Source of the DNA: Candidatus Helarchaeota ASGARD archaeon Hel_GB_B
GTDB lineage: Archaea > Asgardarchaeota > Lokiarchaeia > Helarchaeales > HEL-GB-B
NCBI GenBank assembly: GCA_005191425.1
Contig: SUPR01000009.1
Coordinates: 1-32,000, forward strand
Direction: 5' to 3'
DNA: 32,000 nt
Shown: positions 8,961 through 17,779 of the stretch, one piece after another
Numbering within the stretch: position 1 is the stretch's first letter
Layout: each line of letters starts with the position of its first letter
The notes under the pieces: generated by a model
The model's input: the letters and a program-made list of their open reading frames with translations, nothing else
Database searches by the model: none
Told to the model about the DNA's origin: nothing
Translations under genes and position numbers: made by a program

Positions 8961-10649
8961 TTACTTTTTTTTTTCTTTGTCCCTTAATTTTCTTCTAAAT
9001 ATTTTACCTACAGCAGTACGGGGCAATGAATTTACAAATTCAATATGTCTTGGATATTTATAACTTGCAAGATGTTCTTTTGCCCATTTTATTATGTCAC
9101 GTTCAGTTATTTTACCATCTCTGTATTCTTTTTTAAGGACAATAAATGCTTTAATAGTTTCACCAATATAGGGGTCAGGGATGCCTATAACTCCCACTTC
9201 TAAGACTGCAGGATGCTCATATAATTTTTCTTCTACTTCTTTGGGCATGACTTTATATCCTTTATATTTAATCATATCTTTAGTGCGGCCTTCAATATAA
9301 AAATAACCATTTTCGTCCATTCGAGCTAAATCACCCGTCCTTAACCACCCGTCTTTTAGAATAATTTTTTCCGTTGCTTTTGGTCTTTTCCAGTAGCCCT
9401 TCATAACTTGGGGACCTCTGATTAATAATTCACCAATTTCGTTTACACCTAACTCTTCTAATGTATCAGGATTAACAATAATTGCATCAGTATCAATTAT
9501 GGGGATACCAATACTTTCTGGCTTTATTTCTGGAATCCAGTTGGGTTGCATATGAGTTATAGGTGATGCTTCAGTAAGCCCAAAACCTTGACCTACCTTG
9601 ATGCCAGTTTTCTTTTCCCATTTTTTGGATATTTCAGGAGCTAAAGCTGCAGAACCACTAGTTGCACCTTCCAAAGATGATAAATCTCGTTCAGAAAAGT
9701 CTGGGTGGTTTACCAACATTTGGAACATAATAGGCACTCCAGTAAATAACTTTATTCTATATTTTTCTATTAATTTTAAGATGAGTCCCGGATCAAATGA
9801 ATCGATCATAATCATCATAGTTGCTGCTGCCATTGAAATAATTGAAACTTCATATCCAAAAGTATGACATAATGGTAAAATAGCTAAACTAACACCAATC
9901 CCCCTATTCTCCTCAAATGTAGTTTTTTCCATATTTAATACGCTTAAAGCATTATGTACCAAATTATTGTGAGTAAGCATTACTCCTTTTGGGAGTCCAG
10001 TAGTCCCCCCTGTAAATAACAATGCAGCTATATCATTTACTGGGTCTATTTCAATTTGGGGCTTAATAGTCGATTTGTGTAAAATAAATTCCTCAAAGGT
10101 TATTGTGTCCTCGCGAGGCTCCTTACTTTCTAATAAAATAATATTCTCAATTTCTAAAGATCTTCTTACTTTTTTAATAGTCCTATAATTGTCCTTATGT
10201 ACAAATATTGTATTAATATTCCCAGCCTCTTGAATGATATGGATTACATCAGATTCTCTTAATAATGGATTAATTGGTGAAACTGATGCGCCGGTCTCCG
10301 TAATTCCAAAAATAGTAAATATGAATTCAGGTATATTTTTAGTCATTACTCCAACACTATGATCTTTATTAACCCCTAAATCGATTAGCGCATTTGCAAT
10401 TTTATCTGCATACCAAAATACTTCTCTATATGTATATTTTTTATCTCTTGATAGGTCGTTAATTGCCACATTATTTGGATATTTCTCTGCTGTCAATCGA
10501 ATAAATTCATGTACAGGTATTGGGTCAAATCTAATTGATTTTGGAATATTTTCAGGGTAATACTTTAACCAAGGACGCTTAGGATTAACATAATAAGAAA
10601 AATGCCCATAATCATAAATAGGTTCCCACTCTTCATAACTCATAAACAT
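8961..10649 (-). CDS. Long-chain fatty-acid-CoA ligase (FadD-like)
   Basis: Canonical motifs FTGGTTGLPKG, QGFGLTEASP, WLRTGDL, GRTKDMIKYKG and TAVGKIFRR; N-terminal RPWLKYYP. Confidence 0.94.
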   Translation of the reverse strand: MFMSYEEWEPIYDYGHFSYYVNPKRPWLKYYPENIPKSIRFDPIPVHEFIRLTAEKYPNNVAINDLSRDKKYTYREVFWYADKIANALIDLGVNKDHSVGVMTKNIPEFIFTIFGITETGASVSPINPLLRESDVIHIIQEAGNINTIFVHKDNYRTIKKVRRSLEIENIILLESKEPREDTITFEEFILHKSTIKPQIEIDPVNDIAALLFTGGTTGLPKGVMLTHNNLVHNALSVLNMEKTTFEENRGIGVSLAILPLCHTFGYEVSIISMAAATMMIMIDSFDPGLILKLIEKYRIKLFTGVPIMFQMLVNHPDFSERDLSSLEGATSGSAALAPEISKKWEKKTGIKVGQGFGLTEASPITHMQPNWIPEIKPESIGIPIIDTDAIIVNPDTLEELGVNEIGELLIRGPQVMKGYWKRPKATEKIILKDGWLRTGDLARMDENGYFYIEGRTKDMIKYKGYKVMPKEVEEKLYEHPAVLEVGVIGIPDPYIGETIKAFIVLKKEYRDGKITERDIIKWAKEHLASYKYPRHIEFVNSLPRTAVGKIFRRKLRDKEKKK

Positions 10650-10780
10650 TACCTTTTCTCATTTTATTTTTAATTACCAATTTTAAATTTTTTAAATAAA
10701 TCATTTCGAATAGGAGACTTTATGATATATATTATATAATTTTTCATAATAAACATATACTTCATACTATTTTATCTCTT

Positions 10781-13474
10781 CTAAATATAGATTTTTTCTA
10801 CAATTTTGTCCAAATACCTTTTTAGAATATTATAATTTTCTATTAAATTATTATATTCTTCTTTAATTTTCAAAAATTTTTCGCAAATTTTTTGTAATTG
10901 TAGATTAAAATTATTTTCGTCTTTAATATTTTTTTTATTTAAGGTTATTATTTCCTCAATTTTGTCCCAATTATATTTATAAAATTCTAGAATAATTTTA
11001 GACTTTTTTAGATTTTCAATTTTATCATTAATTAACTTTTCAATTAAAGCATAGAAAATATTTGTTAAATTGTATTTTTCCTTTACAAGGTTGTGAATTT
11101 TTTCGGTAAATATTATTGTTAGAGAATATAATATTTTCAAATCATTATTTTTAAATAATATATTTAGTTCTGTTTCTAACTTTTTTTGATTTATTGGGAA
11201 TTCTAATAAATTGTTAATAATTTTTTTGTTGTAGCTAACTTTTTCATCCACATTGGGGATTAACACTATTGGGAGTACCTTTAGATAACTAGAATGAAAA
11301 TTAAGATAATTTTTTTGTAGATGAGCGCTTCCGAATAAAATTTTATAATATTCGTCAAGAATTCTTGAATTTAAAACGCCCAGTAAGTAGTATGGAGAGA
11401 TTTTGAAGTTATATAACATATATAGCCCAGTTAAATAACCATATTCTCCGTTTTCATCATATGCAGCTGTTAAGTTTAGTGCTACTTCGCGAATTAATAT
11501 TTTTGGCTCTTTTAATAAAAGCCATTTTTTTTGTAGTATGTCTTTTGGTTTGTAAAGATAGGCTTTTTTATAATTACTCCTTAATAATCTAATTTTTTTA
11601 TCCCAATTAATCCCATATTTTTCAATATTACCACATCCTATGAATTTTAAATTTTCAATGTCTGAATTTTTGTGGTTATAAACAGAATTAAGATAAATCC
11701 CCCAATTAGTGAATTTAAAAACCCTATAGCTTATATCACACAAGTTCTTTAAAAAATCAATATTTTTCTTCTTTAATATAGAAATTACTTTTTCTATTTC
11801 GCTAGATATTGGAAATATATTTTTAGGAAACTTAGTAAATGTGATTTGAGATATTTGATAGAATTTAAGATTATTTTCAATTTCATCTTGAATTATACAA
11901 TTATTCACTATTCCAATTTTAACTTTATTTTTATTCTTGTTTTCAAATTCGTTTTTTCTAATTATCAGAATTATCGGATAACTTAATATTCCTGGAAAAA
12001 CATTTAGATTCGAAATATCAATTAAATATAATAATTCTGTTTTTTCCAATAACAACTTTCGTAAATTATGACCATAATCAGCTGATAGAAATTTATTGAT
12101 AGTGATTAAGCCAAATACACCATTATTTTTTAATAAATTTAATGATAACTCTATAAAAGGAAGAGTATAGTCATATAGCTTTAGAGTGGTCGTATAATTT
12201 TTTAATTTCAATTTTAAAAATTTTTTATCTTCCAAATTTATTTTTTTATTTTCAATGTGAGGTGGATTTCCAACTATTAAATCAAAGCCAGGACTATTTA
12301 AATTATTGAATACTTCTGGAAATTCAAATTCCCACAGAAAAATCTTTTTATACAAGAAATCAGAATTAATTTTTTTTGATAAATTCTCTAATTCATTATA
12401 ATCTTTATTTTTTATTATATCCAACCAATTTTTCAAGGTTCGTTTTTCAAAGCAAGAAACGATATATGATGTTAATATATCCTTCATTCTATGGTTATCA
12501 TTATTAAAATGCTTAACAACTGGATAGATTTCGGTCAATTTTGAAGAAAAAATGTTCATTAATGAATTTCCTAGTTTTAATTTTAATTTTAATTTCTGGA
12601 AAATCTCTTTGTCCGTATTTGCATATAAAAATAAGCCCCACCTTGCAATTTCTACAGCAACAGGGTCAATATCAACTCCATAAATAGAATTTTCAATAAT
12701 TTTCAATTTAAATTCAGACTTATTTAAAAGAATATTAAATTCATAATTAACATTTATTATATATTCGACCAATTCAATTAAAAAATTACCAGTCCCCATG
12801 GAAGGGTCTAAAATCTTTAAATTAACCAGGTCATCTGTTCCCTTGATTTTATATCTTTTTAAAAGTTCAGTGTAAGCTGTTTTTATAACATATTTAGCTA
12901 GGTTTCTTGGAGTATAATATATTCCCAGGTATTTTTTATCATTTTGAATTCCATATTCTGCTCTAAATTTTTTAAGGAAATTTTCATATATTTGTCCAAA
13001 AGTTAAGATAATATCAATTAAATTACCATCATTAGTTATAAAATCGTTCAAAATAATTATATTGTGTTTTAAATCAAAAAACAGTTTTTGATCAATCTCA
13101 ATAATTTTAAATAAACTATCTAATTCAAAATAAATATCATTATTAATGCAGTTATTATTACTTTCAAGTTTATTTGTTGTAATACTTAAAATTATCTTAA
13201 TATATTCTTTGAAATCATTCCACTTTAAATTAAGTTTTATATTTTCTCGAGATACCAAAAATTCTAGTTTGTCGCTTTTTTTAATTACTTGTTTAAACGA
13301 TTTATTTGTGTTAAAATTAAGTAAAAAAAGATAAAACATAATTAAAAATGAATTTCTAACAAGTACATACTCAGGAAATAAATTACCATATTTTTTTTTC
13401 ATATAGATAAAAAGATTATAGATAGATCCTTGAAAATTTTTAATAATTTTACTCCTGAATTCATTTAAATTCAT
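10781..13474 (-). CDS. Eco57I/TaqI-like N6-adenine DNA methyltransferase with fused target-recognition domain
   Basis: FGQIYENFL, GIYYTP, ILDPSMGTGNFL (motif I), IYGVDID, WEFEFPEVF, GFDLIVGNPPH (motif IV) and a TaqI_C-like PKILIREVA..LTAAYD. Confidence 0.88.
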   Translation of the reverse strand: MNLNEFRSKIIKNFQGSIYNLFIYMKKKYGNLFPEYVLVRNSFLIMFYLFLLNFNTNKSFKQVIKKSDKLEFLVSRENIKLNLKWNDFKEYIKIILSITTNKLESNNNCINNDIYFELDSLFKIIEIDQKLFFDLKHNIIILNDFITNDGNLIDIILTFGQIYENFLKKFRAEYGIQNDKKYLGIYYTPRNLAKYVIKTAYTELLKRYKIKGTDDLVNLKILDPSMGTGNFLIELVEYIINVNYEFNILLNKSEFKLKIIENSIYGVDIDPVAVEIARWGLFLYANTDKEIFQKLKLKLKLGNSLMNIFSSKLTEIYPVVKHFNNDNHRMKDILTSYIVSCFEKRTLKNWLDIIKNKDYNELENLSKKINSDFLYKKIFLWEFEFPEVFNNLNSPGFDLIVGNPPHIENKKINLEDKKFLKLKLKNYTTTLKLYDYTLPFIELSLNLLKNNGVFGLITINKFLSADYGHNLRKLLLEKTELLYLIDISNLNVFPGILSYPIILIIRKNEFENKNKNKVKIGIVNNCIIQDEIENNLKFYQISQITFTKFPKNIFPISSEIEKVISILKKKNIDFLKNLCDISYRVFKFTNWGIYLNSVYNHKNSDIENLKFIGCGNIEKYGINWDKKIRLLRSNYKKAYLYKPKDILQKKWLLLKEPKILIREVALNLTAAYDENGEYGYLTGLYMLYNFKISPYYLLGVLNSRILDEYYKILFGSAHLQKNYLNFHSSYLKVLPIVLIPNVDEKVSYNKKIINNLLEFPINQKKLETELNILFKNNDLKILYSLTIIFTEKIHNLVKEKYNLTNIFYALIEKLINDKIENLKKSKIILEFYKYNWDKIEEIITLNKKNIKDENNFNLQLQKICEKFLKIKEEYNNLIENYNILKRYLDKIVEKIYI

Positions 13475-13725
13475 TATTAGGATTAATTTATTTCATTTTA
13501 TAAAAATTTATTTAATTCAAAAAAGTAGATGAATTAAGTAAATAATAAATAAATTTTTATATAATAATTATCATATTGCAAGCAATAATTTGTATTTTTA
13601 ATATTTTTGTTTAAATTTAACGTCTCATTTGTTTATAATATTAAATAATTTGAAAAATAAAGTAAAATAACAATTATATCATGTTTAATTAATTATTTAT
13701 TTTTTAATACCTCTCTCTCTTTTGA

Positions 13726-13734
13726 TTTAAAAAG
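13726..13734 (+). promoter_or_regulatory. Candidate TATA box of radA
   Basis: TTTAAAAAG about 30 nt upstream of ATG 13765. The AT-rich background makes this weak, and TTAAATA at 13743-13749 is an alternative. Confidence 0.3.
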
Positions 13735-13764
13735 CCTCTTGATTAAATATTATTGTGAATAAAA

Positions 13765-14721
13765 ATGGCTTCAAATTCTCTAGAAGAAATAAAAATTGAG
13801 GATTTAAAAGGTGTTGGGCCTGCAATTGCTGAGAAATTAAGAGAAAACGGTCTTGTTACCGCAAATGCTATAGCTGTTCGTAGCCCAAAAGAAATTTCAG
13901 GACTGACAGGAATTGGAGAAACAGTCATTCAAAAAATTATTGTAGATGCTAGATCAAAACTTAACATTGGATTTGAAACAGCTAATGAAATATTAGAAAA
14001 AAGGCAAAATATTATCAGATTTACGACCGGGTCAAAAAGTCTTGATGATATATTAAATGGTGGAATTGAGACTCGTGCAATTTTCGAGGCTTTTGGTGAG
14101 TTTAGGACTGGGAAAACTCAAATAGGTCATCAATTATGTATTACTGTTCAATTACCTAAGGAGGAAGGGGGTATTGAGGGGTCTGCTTGTTATATAGACT
14201 CAGAAGGTACTTTTCGACCTGAACGATTATTACAAATTCTTGAAAGATATCCACAATTAGACCCCAAAAAAGCTTTAGATAATATATTTTATTGTCGTGC
14301 TTATAATAGCGACCATCAATTGCTTATTGTAGATAAATTAGGACCAATGATTGAAGAAAAAAATGTCAAATTAGTTGTTGTTGATTCTATCATCTCACAC
14401 TTTAGGTCTGAATATATTGGACGAGGTACTTTATCAGACCGTCAACAAAAATTGAACCGGTTCATCCATAAATTACTCCAACTGTCAGAAGCACATAACT
14501 TGGCAGTTTATATCACAAATCAAGTTCAATCATCTCCTGGAGTATTTTTCGGTGACCCAACTATTCCTACTGGAGGAAATGTAATAGCCCACGCAAGTAC
14601 TTATCGCCTTTATCTTAGAAAATCCAAAGCAAATAAACGTGTCGCAAAATTAATAGATAGTCCATGTCTTCCTGAAGCAGAAGCAGTTTTTTCAATTACT
14701 GAGCATGGAATTGAAGATTAA
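13765..14721 (+). CDS. radA: DNA repair and recombination protein RadA
   Basis: N-terminal HhH domain, FETA polymerisation motif, Walker A [18 protein letters not shown], Walker B [15 protein letters not shown]..RQQKL and GGNVIAHAS. No intein. Confidence 0.97.
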   Translation: [318 protein letters not shown]

Positions 14722-14737
14722 TTTTTTTTAATTTTTA
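14722..14737 (+). terminator. Oligo-T archaeal terminator candidate after radA
   Basis: T8 run at 14722-14729 immediately after the stop, followed by further T tracts, in a convergent intergenic region. Confidence 0.4.
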
Positions 14738-14901
14738 TTCTATTTTCTAATTTTCTTTAAAATTCCATAAATTTATAGAATTAAAATTTAAAAATTACTT
14801 TTTAGATTATTTGAAAATGAAAGCTTTTTAATTTTCTCCCCTATTTACTCTTACCCTAACTTATATATATAAAAAATAAGAGAAAAACATTTTTTATTAT
14901 A

Positions 14902-15414
14902 TTATTTGAAACACATTTTTGCTATTGTCTCAAATGCTTTTTTAACGTTTTCGCCTGTTTTTGCAGATGTTTCAATAATCTCAATATTTAATTCTTTCGA
15001 CTTTTCTTCGATCATTTCTTTAGTTATTTTCCTTTCGTCCTTTAAATCCACTTTATTTGCTAATATCAAAATAGGGATATTCCCTACATGCGTCAATATG
15101 TCAGGGAGCCATTTTTTTTCAATCCGATCTAATGTTTCAGGACGTGTAACGTCAAAAACAATTATCGCAGCATTTGAACCAAAATAATAATAATTTCTTA
15201 ACGAATCAAATAAGTCTTGACCACCTATATCCCAACAAGTAAGAATTACATCATATCCAGGAAAATTAATAATCTTTAAAGTAAAATCAGCCCCAATTGA
15301 TGGTTTATAATTTTCATCAAATTTATTATCTGCATATCTTCTAATTAATGAGGTTTTTCCACACCCTGCATTGCCAGTAATTACTAATTTAAATCCAAAT
15401 TTTTCTCGTTCCAA
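14902..15414 (-). CDS. Rab-like small GTPase (Ras superfamily)
   Basis: G1 GNAGCGKTS, G2 PSIGADF, G3 WDIGGQ, G4 NKVD, G5 ETSAK; RabF-like IGADF, YYFGS and IVFDVT. TTG start with an in-frame TGA two codons upstream. Confidence 0.93.
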   Translation of the reverse strand: MEREKFGFKLVITGNAGCGKTSLIRRYADNKFDENYKPSIGADFTLKIINFPGYDVILTCWDIGGQDLFDSLRNYYYFGSNAAIIVFDVTRPETLDRIEKKWLPDILTHVGNIPILILANKVDLKDERKITKEMIEEKSKELNIEIIETSAKTGENVKKAFETIAKMCFK

Positions 15415-15927
15415 TGTTCATCCATTCCTAAAACATAAATTGATTTAATATTATTAATTTAATGATTTTTATATTTATCTTAATTTTATTAATTTTTTGA
15501 TTATAATTTTGCTTTTGTATTACAAATTTAAAGATATTGTACCGAAAATCCTTAATTCATATAAGAGAATTAAATATATTATTTGACATTTTATTTTTAA
15601 ATCAATAATTTATTTATTATGGTATAAAATTATTATGGTTTATTAAATCAAAATTGGTTTTATTATATTTTATTGTCGTAATTATTAATTTAAAATGTTA
15701 TCGTTAAAGGCATTAAAAACAGTAGAAATAATTTATGATGATGAATAATTTCAAATTAAAAATGTTTTTTACTAAATAGATTAAAAATTGTTAGTTTACT
15801 AATAATTTGTTTAAAAAAATAAAGTTATTCAATATAATTTATTAATGATTTTAATGACACAGAGAATTGGAATTTAATAGAAAATATTTTGCTAAAACAT
15901 CCTAAAAAATGAAATAAGGGCAGTATT

Positions 15928-16380
15928 ATGACTGAAAACATATTAATAATCCGACAACCAATGGACAAAAATGAATATGAAGTGATGTATGATCTAAGGT
16001 GGAGATATTTAAGGAGACCTTTAGGACAGGAAAAGGGGTCTGAAAAAGATGATAATGAGGACTGCGCAATACCATTTATTGCCATATTAAATGACCAAAT
16101 TGTTGGTACTGCCAGATTTCACAAAATAAATAAAAAAGTTGCACAAATTAAATATTTTACTGTTGAAAAATTATATCGAAACCAAGGAATTGGGTGTAAT
16201 TTACTATCATCAATTCATTTTACGGCAAGAAATCAGAGAATTAAATATATAATATTAAATTCGCCGGTTTCTGCTTTAAATTTTTTTAAAAAGAACGGAT
16301 ATGAAATTGTAGAGAAAATTAAAGTAAATTTTAATGGAATTAACCTCTTTAAAATGAAAAAAACATTAAGAATTTTTTGA
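15928..16380 (+). CDS. GNAT acetyltransferase, YiiD N-terminal-domain-like
   Basis: RWRYLRRPLGQEKGSEKD resembles the YiiD/ElaA-type GNAT N-terminus; motif A VEKLYRNQGIG; FFKKNGY. Confidence 0.85.
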   Translation: MTENILIIRQPMDKNEYEVMYDLRWRYLRRPLGQEKGSEKDDNEDCAIPFIAILNDQIVGTARFHKINKKVAQIKYFTVEKLYRNQGIGCNLLSSIHFTARNQRIKYIILNSPVSALNFFKKNGYEIVEKIKVNFNGINLFKMKKTLRIF

Positions 16381-16575
16381 TTTGTCAAATAATTATTTAA
16401 AATTTTGCATTTGAAATTGAATAATCCGATTTTTTTTAATCAAAAATCAATTTGCTTATGAAATAGAGAAGTATTTTTATTTTAGATAACAATAATTAAA
16501 AGACAATTAAAATTCAATTTTCATATTAAAATTATATTATATACTATATCAGAAAAATAGAATGAGGAAAAGTCG

Positions 16576-17739
16576 ATGCCACAATATACTTATGGTGATA
16601 TCCCAGACGATTTTTTTACAAAAAAATATATAGTAATAAGCAAGCATTTATGGAAATTACATAAAAATTTGGGATATCAAGTTTTTTTAGATATGGTAGA
16701 ACAATGTCCAGATTATATTTATCCAGAATTAAAAGAGCGGTTAGAACAAACAATTAACACAGCAAAATTAACTTTTGAGGGTAAAATAAAAGATCCTTCT
16801 AGGACGGTCTCATATTTTCTTTTTCCTCCAGTAATATCAGTTAGAGCGGATTTAAATCAAGGACTAATGAAATTATTATATGGAGATTCAATCGACACAA
16901 GTTTTGTAGTAATCAATGATGCCAATCAAGAAATTTTTATGGTATTAAATGCCCATAGTGAAGACGGAATTCCAGTAGATTGGTGGGTAGTGGAGCCAGG
17001 GGATGAGTTATTAAATAGAAGACATATGAAATTGGGATATAAAATACGGGATATTCCAAAAAAAATGAAAAAAATTAACAAAATAAGTGAATCCGTTATA
17101 AATATTTTCAAGGACATTAGAAATGAAAGAACCCCCCAATTTTCTAATAGCGCATACCAGGTAGGTACATTATGGGGGACAGCAATGGCGGATATTTTAT
17201 GTGAGAGGTCTAGTTATGAGTCAATCGGGACGCTATGGGACGGACTTATGGCAAATAAATATTATGGTCTGCCCGATTACTGGTTTATGTTTTATCCACT
17301 TCCTTCAATATTAAGCATGTTCTTGAATATGGGTAGAAAGGAATGGATGTTAAAATTTAATGGTTTGATTACACAACACCAATTATATATTCAAGGACTG
17401 GAAGATATAGCACTAGATTGGTTACAAAATCATTATCCAGAAGTTTGGGATAAGATTTTTATAAATCAGATGACCGAAAGTGGGATACCTATGCCATATT
17501 TAAGTATAGAAGCCAGTCCACCAAATCCAAAAAAAGATAAAAAGGTTTATTCAGAAGAGCTTTTTGATTGGTATTATCCATCTAAAGAAGACTTTTTTAC
17601 AATTGAAGACATAGGTATAAATCTTGGTGAGGCAGTAAAAGGGGTTCTGTTGGACGTGACTCATGAAACAAAAAGAAAAGCTAATAAAGAAGATGTATTG
17701 TCTGTAGGGTTAGGTACTAAGACAAAATTTTTAAAATAA
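16576..17739 (+). CDS. Hypothetical protein, 387 aa, no family recognised
   Basis: Long ORF with GAGG 8 nt before the ATG, globular composition and an internal 21-aa-period repeat (GTLW...MA). Confidence 0.85.
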   Translation: MPQYTYGDIPDDFFTKKYIVISKHLWKLHKNLGYQVFLDMVEQCPDYIYPELKERLEQTINTAKLTFEGKIKDPSRTVSYFLFPPVISVRADLNQGLMKLLYGDSIDTSFVVINDANQEIFMVLNAHSEDGIPVDWWVVEPGDELLNRRHMKLGYKIRDIPKKMKKINKISESVINIFKDIRNERTPQFSNSAYQVGTLWGTAMADILCERSSYESIGTLWDGLMANKYYGLPDYWFMFYPLPSILSMFLNMGRKEWMLKFNGLITQHQLYIQGLEDIALDWLQNHYPEVWDKIFINQMTESGIPMPYLSIEASPPNPKKDKKVYSEELFDWYYPSKEDFFTIEDIGINLGEAVKGVLLDVTHETKRKANKEDVLSVGLGTKTKFLK

Positions 17740-17779
17740 TCAAGTAATACTTCAATGTTAATTAAAAGGATTTGTTATT

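Noticed and set aside
10781-13474. Methyltransferase as part of a mobile element or defence island
   Set aside because: No integrase, transposase, att-like repeats or other defence genes are adjacent; it is flanked by metabolic and housekeeping genes.
14902-14916. C-terminal Cys of the Rab-like GTPase (MCFK) as a prenylation signal
   Set aside because: The Cys is third from the end, so it matches neither CaaX nor CC/CXC, and there is no hypervariable linker.
15613-15665. Direct repeat TTATTATGGT (two copies, third partial) in the 513-bp intergenic region
   Set aside because: Low-complexity AT-rich sequence with too few copies for an array or iteron.
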